A stretch of 64,000 nt of DNA from an uncultured Ruminococcus sp. (GCA_964644275.1 CAZXVI010000006.1:8423-72422), one strand, 5' to 3'. Shown: positions 1-8,302, numbered from the stretch's first letter. Notes: a model not told the origin generated them from the sequence alone. Made by a program: numbers and translations.

Positions 1-1
1 C

Positions 2-160
2 CGCCTCATTCCTGCCATTGGCAAGCAGGAAGGCGACATGCTGGAATTCGGCGGTCTCCTGGGCAGCGGACCGGTCATGCCCATCAACCGCAAATCCCCT
101 GCCAAGTTTATCTCCCGGGGAGGAAGAATTCCCGCACCGATGCACAGCATTAAAAATTAA
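2..160 (+). CDS. 3' end of a CDS that runs off the window start; product not identifiable
   Basis: Frame 2 is open from the window edge to TAA at 158-160 (..[52 protein letters not shown]). The composition is protein-like, unlike the other frames. No family recognised. Confidence 0.35.
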   Translation, partial: RLIPAIGKQEGDMLEFGGLLGSGPVMPINRKSPAKFISRGGRIPAPMHSIKN

Positions 161-180
161 ATGACAAAGGAGTCTTTTCT

Positions 181-1386
181 ATGAAGTATCTCGTAGTTCT
201 CTTTGACGGTATGGCTGATTACCCCATTCCCGAGCTGGGCGGAAAAACTCCGCTGGAAGCAGCGGACACACCGAACATTGACAAGCTGGCCAGAACTGCA
301 ACTGTAGGTCTGGTAAAAAGTGTGGATGACGGCATGAAACCCGGCAGTGATGTGGCAAATCTGTCCATTCTTGGCTACGATCCGAAGAAATACTATACCG
401 GACGCTCCCCTCTGGAGGCTGGAAGCATTGGTATTGATATGAAAACGACGGACGTTTCCCTGCGCTGCAATCTGGTTACTCTGTCCGACGAGGCAAACTA
501 TGAGGACAAGACCATTCTGGACTACTGTGCGGATGATATCTCTTCAGAAGATGCCGAAGTGCTGGTAAAATATCTGGCTGAACACCTTAACAATGAGGAA
601 TTCACCTTCTACAATGGTGTCAGCTACCGTCACTGCCTGATCTGGAACAAGGGCACCCTGGATGTCGGAACACTGACGCCTCCTCATGATATCACAGGCA
701 AGCCCATCAAGGAATACATCCCGACGCATCCCAATGCAGCGAAACTCTACGATCTGATGGTGAAGTCCTACGAACTGCTCAAGGATCATCCTCTGAATCT
801 GGAGAGGATCAGGAACGGGAAGCGCCCTGCCAACAGTATCTGGCTCTGGGGCGAAGGCGTTCGTGCCCAGCTGGATGACTTTTATGAGAAGTACGGTCTC
901 CGCGGCTCCATGATCTCCGCCGTTGACCTGCTCAAGGGCATTGGCAAGTTTGCCAACATGAATGTGGTACATGTGGACGGCACTACCGGTTACATTGATA
1001 CCAACTTTGAGGGCAAGGCACAGGCTGCCATTGAAGAATTCAAGAGAGGACAGGACTTTGTGTACATCCATGTAGAGGCACCGGATGAGTGCGGACACAG
1101 GAGCGAAACGGAAAACAAAGTGAAGGCAATTTCCATTATTGACAGAACCATCCTGGGACCTGTGACAGACTATCTGCGCAGCCAGGGCGATTTCAAGGTT
1201 CTCGTTACACCTGACCATGCAACTCCCCTGTCTCTGAAAACACATACCAATGACCCGATTCCGTTCATGATCTACGACAGCACCAAGGAGGCTGCCGGTG
1301 TGGACGGCTTCTGTGAACGAACAGCTAAGGAAACCGGTTTGTTTGTACAGCCGGGGTACACCATTATGGAGCGGTTTGTGAAGTAA
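181..1386 (+). CDS. Cofactor-independent phosphoglycerate mutase family protein (ApgM type; the family also contains the 'proposed homoserine kinase' clade)
   Basis: 401-aa ORF starting MKYLVVLFDGMADYPIPELGGKTPLEAADTPNIDKLA. Metal-site-like motifs GSDVANLS, HVEAPDECGH and TPDHATP are present. AAGGAG at 167-172 lies 8 nt before the ATG. Confidence 0.85.
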   Translation: MKYLVVLFDGMADYPIPELGGKTPLEAADTPNIDKLARTATVGLVKSVDDGMKPGSDVANLSILGYDPKKYYTGRSPLEAGSIGIDMKTTDVSLRCNLVTLSDEANYEDKTILDYCADDISSEDAEVLVKYLAEHLNNEEFTFYNGVSYRHCLIWNKGTLDVGTLTPPHDITGKPIKEYIPTHPNAAKLYDLMVKSYELLKDHPLNLERIRNGKRPANSIWLWGEGVRAQLDDFYEKYGLRGSMISAVDLLKGIGKFANMNVVHVDGTTGYIDTNFEGKAQAAIEEFKRGQDFVYIHVEAPDECGHRSETENKVKAISIIDRTILGPVTDYLRSQGDFKVLVTPDHATPLSLKTHTNDPIPFMIYDSTKEAAGVDGFCERTAKETGLFVQPGYTIMERFVK

Positions 1387-1415
1387 GCTAAATCCCAAAA
1401 GTAAGGGTGATAATT

Positions 1416-1802
1416 ATGACTGTTGTATTCTGCATCTTATTTTCATTTAGCTTCATTACTGCATTTTTAGGTGGTCTTGATCTGTTGTTTTCGTTGAATA
1501 TTCAATATGAAATAATATCCATACTATCTGTTGGTTCCACGATAATTCTGACCATAGCAATACTCTGGAGTCAAAAACGAAATCCGACATTCCAGCTTCA
1601 TAGACCGCTTAGAAAATTCTGTGTCACTGCATCCTGTATTTTGTTCATTATTGTCTTTTTTATATTTAATTATCGTACAGTTGGCATAGAACGCGGCAGT
1701 GAACAGTACCTGCAGCTAATGGATAAGGCAGGGTTAACATTTTGTCCGGTCTGGAGTGCTTCCATCTGTGATATAGTTCACAGAAAGCATAAAAGTGTAT
1801 AA
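1416..1802 (+). CDS. Hypothetical small integral membrane protein in an AT-rich island
   Basis: The ORF track starts at GTG 1407; ATG 1416 follows AAGGGTG. There are several hydrophobic segments (VVFCILFSFSFITAFLGGL, IISILSVGSTIILTIAILW, CILFIIVFFIF). The gene is visibly more AT-rich than its neighbours. No family recognised. Confidence 0.5.
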   Translation: MTVVFCILFSFSFITAFLGGLDLLFSLNIQYEIISILSVGSTIILTIAILWSQKRNPTFQLHRPLRKFCVTASCILFIIVFFIFNYRTVGIERGSEQYLQLMDKAGLTFCPVWSASICDIVHRKHKSV

Positions 1803-1891
1803 AAACTGGCAGCTTCAAAAAACTCTCGGTTTCTATAGGATGGGCATAGCATCACTGAAGCAAAAATAGAATATATTCCGCAGCCTAAAAG

Positions 1892-1933
1892 AATACCCTG
1901 GGAAGAAATAATTCTCTTCCCAGGGTATTTTAT
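1892..1933. terminator. Bidirectional hairpin terminator between convergent genes
   Basis: A 15-bp perfect stem pairs AATACCCTGGGAAGA (1892-1906) with TCTTCCCAGGGTATT (1915-1929) around an 8-nt loop. T residues follow on the plus strand and A residues precede. It is 22/24 identical to the hairpin at 8306-8329. Confidence 0.65.
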
Positions 1934-1936
1934 AAT

Positions 1937-2560
1937 TCACGAACCGGCATGCTGTCGCTTCCTTTCTGCTGCATCCAGCAATACCGTCTCTGTCCGTTCA
2001 AACAGATTGCAGGCGGTTATTCCGACACACTGGACACCATCAAATACCAATTCTACCATCCAGGGCATCAGCGTCCGGATGGCTTCAAATTCCCGGAAAC
2101 CAAAGGACGGCTGGAAGTAATGGATAACGGTGCTCAGTGCCGTCCCATGAGAACCAATTGCAATACGCTGGTCCCTGCATTGCTTCAGTACCTCCTGCAG
2201 GGCACGGATATTCCTTGACTGCACTTCGCGGAGGGATTCTCCGTTTGTCAGATGATAGTCAAAATCTGCCCACTGCCGTCTGGAAAAGTCATGGAAATCC
2301 TCTATCCATACATCAGCAATCCTGCGCTCCCGGAAATCCTCAATGACTGTGATTGGCAATCCTGCTGTATCCGCATAATCCTGAATTGTTTCCAGCGCAC
2401 GAAGATAAGGACTGGAAAGCAGTACATTTACATTATGCTCTGCCAGATACCGTGTCACAAGCTTCCGGTCGGCAAGCCCTTTTTTCGTCAGCGCACGGGA
2501 TTGTTCATCATGATTCTCATAATCCGGCTCTGCGTGCCGGACAAAAAACACATGGGTCAT
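1937..2560 (-). CDS. Histidine phosphatase (phosphoglycerate mutase-like) family protein
   Basis: MTHVFFVRHAEPD carries the catalytic RHG-type motif region, followed by LSSPYLRALETIQ and a later GSHGTAL. I take the start at ATG 2560 (GAGGTGA RBS 5-6 nt upstream) rather than the track's GTG 2569. Confidence 0.85.
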   Translation of the reverse strand: MTHVFFVRHAEPDYENHDEQSRALTKKGLADRKLVTRYLAEHNVNVLLSSPYLRALETIQDYADTAGLPITVIEDFRERRIADVWIEDFHDFSRRQWADFDYHLTNGESLREVQSRNIRALQEVLKQCRDQRIAIGSHGTALSTVIHYFQPSFGFREFEAIRTLMPWMVELVFDGVQCVGITACNLFERTETVLLDAAERKRQHAGS

Positions 2561-2608
2561 TATAATCACCTCAGATACGATGATGGGGCAACCCCTAAAA
2601 CTATGTTT

Positions 2609-3094
2609 TCAGAGGTTCTTATAAAAAAGGATGGTGTCCCGCCAGCTTCCATCTTTGGCATGAAATGCCCCCGGAACCTCTCCTATCTTCACAAAGCCGA
2701 GCTTTTCATACAGGGTAACAGCGGCATGATTGTCCTTGACTACAGCATTAAAGATCAGAAGGCGGTATCCCAGCGTTTTTGCCGCTGCAAGGCAGTGCCT
2801 GACAAGTGCCTCTCCTATATGCAATCCCCGGAAATTACTGCGCACGGCAAAGCTGGCGTTCGCCTGATGGCCGCATCTGCCCACATGATTCGGATGCAGA
2901 ATATACAGCCCGGCGATATCGTCCCCCACCCTTGCAACGCCGGTAACATCCTGAGCAGCAAAGAAATCCCCTGCCTCTTCCGGCGTCAGCGGCATCTCCT
3001 GGGGAAACGCATTCCCTGACTCCACCACTTCATTCCAGATGGCTGTGATCTCCGGCAGATCCGCCGGACAGAATGGTTCGATACGGATTTCCAT
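2609..3094 (-). CDS. GNAT family N-acetyltransferase
   Basis: 161 aa. An acetyl-CoA-binding-type segment is present (RGLHIGEALVRHCLAAAKTLGYRLLIFNAVVKDNHAAVTLYEKLGF). A GGAGG RBS lies upstream. Confidence 0.85.
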   Translation of the reverse strand: MEIRIEPFCPADLPEITAIWNEVVESGNAFPQEMPLTPEEAGDFFAAQDVTGVARVGDDIAGLYILHPNHVGRCGHQANASFAVRSNFRGLHIGEALVRHCLAAAKTLGYRLLIFNAVVKDNHAAVTLYEKLGFVKIGEVPGAFHAKDGSWRDTILFYKNL

Positions 3095-3106
3095 TTTACG
3101 TCCTCC

Positions 3107-4135
3107 TTACAGAATCACCATGGCATCGCCGAAGCTGAAGAAACGATACTCCTCCGCAACAGCAATCTGATAGGCCTTCATGGTATTCTCATAGCCCATA
3201 AAAGCGGACACCAGCATGATCAGTGTACTCTCCGGAAGATGGAAATTGGTAATCAGCCCGTCAATGACCCGGAACGCATAGCCGGGATAGATGAAAATAT
3301 CTGTGTCGCCTTCGCATGCAGTCAGAGTGTCCCCGCAGCGCTGTGCGGCACTTTCCAGCGTCCGGCAGGACGTTGTGCCGACTGCAATCACACGGTTCCC
3401 CTTTGCTTTGGCTGCATTGATCAGATCGGCAGTCTCCTTAGGTAACATAAAATGCTCCGTGTGCATATGATGCTTTAAAATATCATCCTCTTTTACAGGG
3501 CGGAAGGTGCCCAGCCCCACATGAAGGGTAACATAGGCAATGGAAACCCCTTTGGCTTCCAGCTGTGCCAGCATATCCTTGGTAAAATGCAGGCCTGCAG
3601 TCGGCGCTGCGGCAGATCCCAGTTCCCGGGAATAGACCGTCTGATAGCGCTCCTTGTCCTCCAGCTTTTCCCTGATGTACGGGGGCAGGGGCATCTGTCC
3701 CACATCCTCCAGGGCTGTATAGAAATTCCCCTCACATGCAAAGCGGACAATCCGGTTGCCGTCCTCCAGAACCTCCAGGATTTCCGCCCGGAGTCTGCCT
3801 CCCCCAAACGAAAACCGGGCTCCCGGCTTACATTTTTTGCCGGGACGGCAGATGATTTCCCAGACCTTGTCTCCACGCTGGGAAAGCAGCAGAAATTCTA
3901 CAAAGCTCCCGGTGCCCTCCTTTTCGCCGTACAGGCGTGCAGGCAGTACACGGGAATCATTAAGCACAAGCACATCACCGGGTTTCAGCAGCCGCTCCAG
4001 ATCATAGAAATGGAGATGCTCGCAGGCACCCGTAGTGCGATTGACCGCCATCATTCTGGAGGAATTTCTTGGCTCAATCGGATGCTGTGCAATCAATTTT
4101 TCTGGTAGATCGTAGTAAAAATCAGATTTTTTCAT
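3107..4135 (-). CDS. queA: tRNA preQ1(34) S-adenosylmethionine ribosyltransferase-isomerase
   Basis: 342 aa starting MKKSDFYYDLPEKLIAQHPIEPRNSSRMM and ending ..EYRFFSFGDAMVIL. This is full-length QueA-type sequence. Confidence 0.95.
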   Translation of the reverse strand: MKKSDFYYDLPEKLIAQHPIEPRNSSRMMAVNRTTGACEHLHFYDLERLLKPGDVLVLNDSRVLPARLYGEKEGTGSFVEFLLLSQRGDKVWEIICRPGKKCKPGARFSFGGGRLRAEILEVLEDGNRIVRFACEGNFYTALEDVGQMPLPPYIREKLEDKERYQTVYSRELGSAAAPTAGLHFTKDMLAQLEAKGVSIAYVTLHVGLGTFRPVKEDDILKHHMHTEHFMLPKETADLINAAKAKGNRVIAVGTTSCRTLESAAQRCGDTLTACEGDTDIFIYPGYAFRVIDGLITNFHLPESTLIMLVSAFMGYENTMKAYQIAVAEEYRFFSFGDAMVIL

Positions 4136-4164
4136 ATAAACTCCCTGTTTTTATAAATTTTTTC

Positions 4165-4193
4165 TTGACAAAAGCGTCAGGAAATGCTATCAT
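4165..4193 (+). promoter_or_regulatory. SigmaA-type promoter of the lysine-riboswitch/asd transcript
   Basis: TTGACA (4165-4170), a 17-nt spacer, then TATCAT (4188-4193) with an upstream TGc extended -10. Confidence 0.65.
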
Positions 4194-4197
4194 ATAC

Positions 4198-4365
4198 TTA
4201 GGATAGAGGCGCGGCTGCGATGAGTAGCAGTTCGGAGGAGGCTCACTCCCGTGAGGTTCTGCCAAAGGCAATGCCGCCGAAGATGCAATGCGTGAGCAGC
4301 TTTGTTTCTGGTGCTGTACCAAAGAGGTGCTGCACTGTCATCATGTGTGATGGAGTGCTATCGGC
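4198..4365 (+). promoter_or_regulatory. Lysine riboswitch (L-box) aptamer
   Basis: The conserved L-box blocks appear in the correct order: GGATAGAGGCGC, GATGAGTAGC, GCCGCCGAAG, CTGGTGC, ACTGTCATC, GGAGTGCTATC. The P1 arms are GATAG and CTATC. It lies upstream of lysine/DAP-pathway genes. Confidence 0.85.
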
Positions 4366-4385
4366 AAAACAACGCCAGTAATTCT

Positions 4386-4414
4386 ATTATAACGCATGAT
4401 GAGCCGGTTTTCAA
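4386..4414 (-). promoter_or_regulatory. Candidate sigmaA promoter pointing at queA, antisense to the L-box leader
   Basis: The minus strand reads TTGAAA (4414-4409), a 17-nt spacer, then TATAAT (4391-4386). I could find no better promoter between here and the queA start at 4135. Confidence 0.45.
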
Positions 4415-4424
4415 CCGGTTTTTT
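4404..4424 (+). terminator. Short hairpin plus T-run in the L-box expression platform
   Basis: CCGGTT-TTC-AACCGG is followed by TTTTTT. An alternative pairing exists between ATGAGCCG (4399-4406) and CGGCTCAT (about 4450-4457). A further hairpin, TGAACGGC/GCCGTTCA, sits just before the RBS. Confidence 0.4.
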
Positions 4425-4484
4425 CAATATTTGCAAATTTTTTTGAACGGCTCATATCCGGCCGTTCAGGATAGGAGAAGTACG

Positions 4485-5564
4485 ATGAAGCAGTATAATG
4501 TAGGTATCCTTGGTGCAACGGGTATGGTGGGACAGCGTTTTGCAACGCTTCTGGAGAATCATCCCTGGTTCAATGTGAAGGTGCTCGCAGCATCCCCCCG
4601 CAGCGCAGGGAAAACATATGAAGAGGCTGTTGGCGGCCGCTGGGCAATGACCACTCCCATGCCGGAAAGCATGAAGCATATGATCATCCGTGACCTGAAT
4701 GCAGAGATCAATGCAATTGCTGCTGAAGTAGATTTTGTATTCTGTGCAGTGGATATGAAGAAGGACGAAATCAAAGCACTGGAAGAAGCATATGCCAAGG
4801 CAGAATGCCCCGTCATCTCCAACAACTCTGCACACCGTTTCACTCCCGATGTTCCGATGGTTGTACCGGAAATCAATCCTGACCACATTGAGATCATTGC
4901 ATCCCAGAAGCAGCGTCTGGGTACAAAAAGAGGCTTTATCGCCGTGAAGTCCAACTGCTCCATCCAGAGCTATGTTCCTGCTCTGCATCCGCTGAGAAAG
5001 TTCGGTCTGAAAAATGTACTGGCATGCACCTATCAGGCAATCTCCGGTGCGGGCAAGACCTTTGAAACATGGCCGGAAATGGTAGATAACCTGATTCCGT
5101 TCATCGGCGGTGAGGAAGAAAAGTCCGAACAGGAACCGCTGAAGGTGTGGGGTACCATTGAGAACGGCCAGATTGTAAAGGCATCCGCTCCCAATATTAC
5201 TACACAGTGCCTGCGTGTGCCGGTTTCCGATGGCCATACAGCTGCTGTATTTGTTTCCTTCGAACAGAAGCCTGAGAAGGAAGAAATTCTGGAGCTGTGG
5301 AAAAATTTCAAGGGTGTTCCCCAGGAGCTGGAACTGCCCTCTGCTCCGAAGCAGTTCATTCATTACTTTACAGAGGACAACAGACCCCAGGCACATCTGG
5401 ACCGCAACCTGGAGAAAGGTATGGCGGTTTCCGTTGGTCGTCTGCGTGAAGATACACAGTTTGACTATAAGTTTGTCTGCCTGTCCCACAACACCCTGAG
5501 AGGTGCTGCCGGCGGCGGTGTACTCCTTGCTGAGCTTCTCGCAGCAAAGGGTTACTTTGACTAA
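4485..5564 (+). CDS. asd: Aspartate-semialdehyde dehydrogenase
   Basis: MKQYNVGILGATGMVGQRF shows the Rossmann GxxGxxG motif, and the active-site region KSNCSIQS is present. The true start is ATG 4485 after AGGAGAAG. The track's upstream extension from 4302 covers the riboswitch. Confidence 0.95.
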   Translation: MKQYNVGILGATGMVGQRFATLLENHPWFNVKVLAASPRSAGKTYEEAVGGRWAMTTPMPESMKHMIIRDLNAEINAIAAEVDFVFCAVDMKKDEIKALEEAYAKAECPVISNNSAHRFTPDVPMVVPEINPDHIEIIASQKQRLGTKRGFIAVKSNCSIQSYVPALHPLRKFGLKNVLACTYQAISGAGKTFETWPEMVDNLIPFIGGEEEKSEQEPLKVWGTIENGQIVKASAPNITTQCLRVPVSDGHTAAVFVSFEQKPEKEEILELWKNFKGVPQELELPSAPKQFIHYFTEDNRPQAHLDRNLEKGMAVSVGRLREDTQFDYKFVCLSHNTLRGAAGGGVLLAELLAAKGYFD

Positions 5565-5608
5565 TCAGGCGCTGCTCCCGTCCGGCAGTGGAAATGTGCG
5601 GTAATACT

Positions 5609-5767
5609 ATTCCCATTTGAAAATCATGAAAGAATTTCATGATTTTCATAGCTGCCGCAGGCGGCGTATGGGAATGAATGAGACGGATTTTATGCCGCTT
5701 TACGGCATAAAATGGCGGGCGCTCCAGCGCACGCCTCAAATTAAACTATTTCAATAGTTTGATTTGA
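5609..5767 (+). other. Cluster of back-to-back strong hairpins in the asd-dapA spacer
   Basis: There is an outer pairing ATTCCCAT (5609-5616) with ATGGGAAT (5668-5675). A 13-bp hairpin spans 5619-5647, an 11-bp hairpin 5687-5713, a GC-rich hairpin 5714-5735 and a roughly 13-bp hairpin 5736-5767. The last three abut with no spacer. Confidence 0.6.
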
Positions 5768-5836
5768 GATTAGTATAAAATCCCATTGCGGAGGGAAAAC
5801 GCATTGCCAATCCCAAACTTACTTGGAGGGAACGAT

Positions 5837-6727
5837 ATGAAGAACACAATTTTTACAGGTGCCGGCGTAGCTATTATCACACCGTTCAATGAGGATGGTT
5901 CCATTAATTTTGATGGTCTTGGCACCAACATTGACTACCAGATTGCAAACGGCACCGATGCAATTATTATCTGCGGCACAACCGGTGAGGCTTCTACCAT
6001 GACGGAGGAGGAACACCTGGAGTGCATCCGTTATGCGGTGGAGCGTACCAATCACAGAATTCCGGTCATTGCCGGAACAGGAAGCAATGACACCCGAACG
6101 GCCATTGCACTGTCCGCTGAAGCTGAAAAGCTGGGTGCGGATGGCTTGCTGCTGGTAACGCCCTACTACAACAAGACTACCCAAGCCGGTCTCATCCGGC
6201 ATTTCACCGCCATTGCTGACAGCGTGAATATTCCGATCATTCTGTACAATATCCCCGGACGTACCGGCATGGCAATTTCCGTGGATGCTCTGAAGGTACT
6301 GGCGCAGCACAGGAACATCGCTGCAATTAAGGAAGCAAGCGGCAATATCAGCTACACTGCACAGGTTGCTGCTGCAGTTGGTGATCAGCTGGATATCTAC
6401 AGCGGCAACGATGACATGATTGTTCCGGTAATGGCACTGGGCGCAAAGGGCGTGATTTCCGTTCTGTCCAATATCCTGCCCAGGGAAACCCATGACATCT
6501 GCCAATACTGTCTGGACAACAATTTCCAGGCTGCCACTGCAATGCAGCTGCGCTATCTGGAAGTGATTAACGATCTTTTCTGTGAGGTTAATCCGATTCC
6601 GATTAAGGCTGCCATGAACATGATGGGAATGGCTGCCGGTTCCCTGCGCATGCCTTTGGTGGAAATGGGCGAGGCCAATGCCGCTAAGCTCAGAGATGCG
6701 ATGCAGCGTGCCGGCATCCTTGCATAA
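5837..6727 (+). CDS. dapA: 4-hydroxy-tetrahydrodipicolinate synthase
   Basis: MKNTIFTGAGVAIITPF..GTTGEASTMT..PYYNK..AIKEASG is DapA-type throughout. Start is ATG 5837 after GGAGGG. Confidence 0.95.
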   Translation: MKNTIFTGAGVAIITPFNEDGSINFDGLGTNIDYQIANGTDAIIICGTTGEASTMTEEEHLECIRYAVERTNHRIPVIAGTGSNDTRTAIALSAEAEKLGADGLLLVTPYYNKTTQAGLIRHFTAIADSVNIPIILYNIPGRTGMAISVDALKVLAQHRNIAAIKEASGNISYTAQVAAAVGDQLDIYSGNDDMIVPVMALGAKGVISVLSNILPRETHDICQYCLDNNFQAATAMQLRYLEVINDLFCEVNPIPIKAAMNMMGMAAGSLRMPLVEMGEANAAKLRDAMQRAGILA

Positions 6728-6749
6728 TCTGACAAGGAGGTACAAAGCA

Positions 6750-7514
6750 TTGGATCAGATAACGATTCTCATAACCGGCGCAAACGGAAAAATGGGGCAT
6801 GCGGTAGCTGCCGCCATTGCCGGCAGAGAGGACTGTACTGTTTCAGCCGGTGTGGATCTGAACACAAAGCAGTATGGGAATTTCCCCGTTTATGAAACTT
6901 TTTCCGCAGTACAGGATAAACCCGATGTGCTCATTGACTTTTCCAATCCGGCACTGCTGGACGGCATTCTGGATTACTGTCTGGTGAATGGCGTTCCCTG
7001 CGTACTTGCAACAACGGGCTATAGTGAGGAGCAGATCGCAAAAATCAAAAAAGCGTCTGCCTCCATTCCGGTTTTCTTCTCCTTCAATATGTCCCTGGGC
7101 ATCAATCTGCTGGTGCAGCTGGCCAAAAAGGCAGTTTCCATTCTGGGCGGACAGTTCGATATTGAGATTGTCGAAAAGCATCACAATCAGAAGCTTGACG
7201 CTCCCAGCGGTACAGCTCTGATGCTGGCAGACGCCATGAATGAGGAGCTGGAGGGCAAGTACCATTATGTGTACGACCGTCATTCCAAACGTCAGAAGCG
7301 TGAAAAGCTGGAAATCGGCATGCACGCCATCCGCGGCGGTACCATTGTGGGCGAACACGATATTATTTTCGCCGGTCATGATGAGGTCATTACGCTCTCC
7401 CATTCTGCGGCTTCCAAGGAAGTGTTTGCAGTGGGTGCCGTGAATGCGGCAGTCTTCCTTGCAAAGCAGGAAGCGGGGCTGTATGATATGTCACAGCTGA
7501 TAACACAGGGGTAA
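6750..7514 (+). CDS. dapB: 4-hydroxy-tetrahydrodipicolinate reductase
   Basis: ITILITGANGKMGHAV is the NAD(P)-binding motif and EKHHNQKLDAPSGTA the DapB signature. I propose a TTG start at 6750, 9 nt after AAGGAGG. The track's ATG at 6678 would overlap dapA. Confidence 0.9.
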   Translation: MDQITILITGANGKMGHAVAAAIAGREDCTVSAGVDLNTKQYGNFPVYETFSAVQDKPDVLIDFSNPALLDGILDYCLVNGVPCVLATTGYSEEQIAKIKKASASIPVFFSFNMSLGINLLVQLAKKAVSILGGQFDIEIVEKHHNQKLDAPSGTALMLADAMNEELEGKYHYVYDRHSKRQKREKLEIGMHAIRGGTIVGEHDIIFAGHDEVITLSHSAASKEVFAVGAVNAAVFLAKQEAGLYDMSQLITQG

Positions 7515-7566
7515 TCAAACAACAATCTCTATGAAGATCACTGTGCGGGTGATGCAGAACTATTTC

Positions 7567-7610
7567 AAAGCTACTTTTGATGCTATGCGTCAAAAGTAGC
7601 TTTATGTTTC
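7567..7610 (+). terminator. Rho-independent terminator after dapB
   Basis: A 14-bp stem pairs AAAGCTACTTTTGA with TCAAAAGTAGCTTT around a 9-nt loop and is followed by ATGTTT. Confidence 0.6.
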
Positions 7611-7723
7611 CGGCATGGACTTTTTACTATGGTAAGGCGGTAGCATTTAAATGATAAATCAGGATTTACAGGGAAGACATCATATGTCTAATAAGTAAAT
7701 ATGACATTTCTCGCTTTGTGTCC

Positions 7724-7752
7724 TTGTTATTTCTATAGATATTTTGTATAAT
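7724..7752 (+). promoter_or_regulatory. SigmaA-type promoter of the XRE-family gene
   Basis: TTGTTA (7724-7729), a 17-nt spacer, then TATAAT (7747-7752). Confidence 0.5.
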
Positions 7753-7775
7753 TTCTATTGAAAGGAGGGTAATGG

Positions 7776-8282
7776 ATGAATCAGCAAAAAATAGGTCTGT
7801 TTCTAAAAAGATTGCGAAAGGAAAAAGGACTTACACAGGAACAGTTTGCAGAAATTGTTAATGTATCAAACAGAACAGTATCTCGTTGGGAAAATGGAAA
7901 TAACATGCCAGACTTAGATATTCTAATTGAAATATCTGACTTTTATGAAATTGAACTTCGGGAATTACTCGATGGAGAAAGGAAAAGCGAGAAAATGAAT
8001 AACGAATTAGAAGAAACCGTATTAAAAGCAGTGGATTACACAAGCTCCGAAACTTCAAAGTTTACTCAAAGAGTACATTGGCTGCTGTTGATTGGGGCAA
8101 TTCTTTGGGCTGCTTCTCAGCTAATCTGTCACACAGAACTTAGCGGAATTCATGCAATGAAGCTTTTTTCAGATTTTGCAGAAGGAATGGCGGGCGGAAT
8201 GTTGATTTGTGGAATTGTCATGACAAGCCGCTACGGACAGAAAATAAAGGAATTTAAACAGCGATTGTTAAAAAGGCAATAA
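7776..8282 (+). CDS. XRE-family helix-turn-helix regulator with C-terminal membrane segments
   Basis: LKRLRKEKGLTQEQFAEIVNVSNRTVSRWENGNNMPDLD is an HTH_3-type motif. The C-terminal half has two hydrophobic helices (WLLLIGAILWAASQLI, MAGGMLICGIVM). AAAGGAGGG RBS. The gene is strongly AT-rich relative to its flanks. Confidence 0.85.
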   Translation: MNQQKIGLFLKRLRKEKGLTQEQFAEIVNVSNRTVSRWENGNNMPDLDILIEISDFYEIELRELLDGERKSEKMNNELEETVLKAVDYTSSETSKFTQRVHWLLLIGAILWAASQLICHTELSGIHAMKLFSDFAEGMAGGMLICGIVMTSRYGQKIKEFKQRLLKRQ

Positions 8283-8302
8283 CAACTTTTTTCTGTGAGA
8301 GA

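Noticed and set aside
1407-2569. Both the 1407 ORF and the 1937-2569 ORF begin 'MIIMT' from GTGAT(A/T)AT(T/A)ATGAC, which hinted at a duplicated start region.
   Set aside because: The resemblance is limited to about 15 nt comprising RBS-proximal sequence and the true ATG. The proteins are unrelated, so it is most likely coincidence.
4302-4484. The N-terminal extension of the asd ORF given by the ORF track (start at 4302).
   Set aside because: The extension covers the 3' part of the lysine riboswitch and its expression platform. A canonical start, ATG 4485 with an AGGAGAAG RBS, gives the normal Asd N-terminus.
5621-5631. A shared 11-mer, AATCATGAAAG, between the asd-dapA hairpin region and the hairpin region at about 40723-40733. 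I considered it as evidence for a repeat family.
   Set aside because: By my rough estimate, several 11-mer matches between a 270-nt query and 128 kb of two-strand sequence are expected by chance. The flanking sequence does not align.
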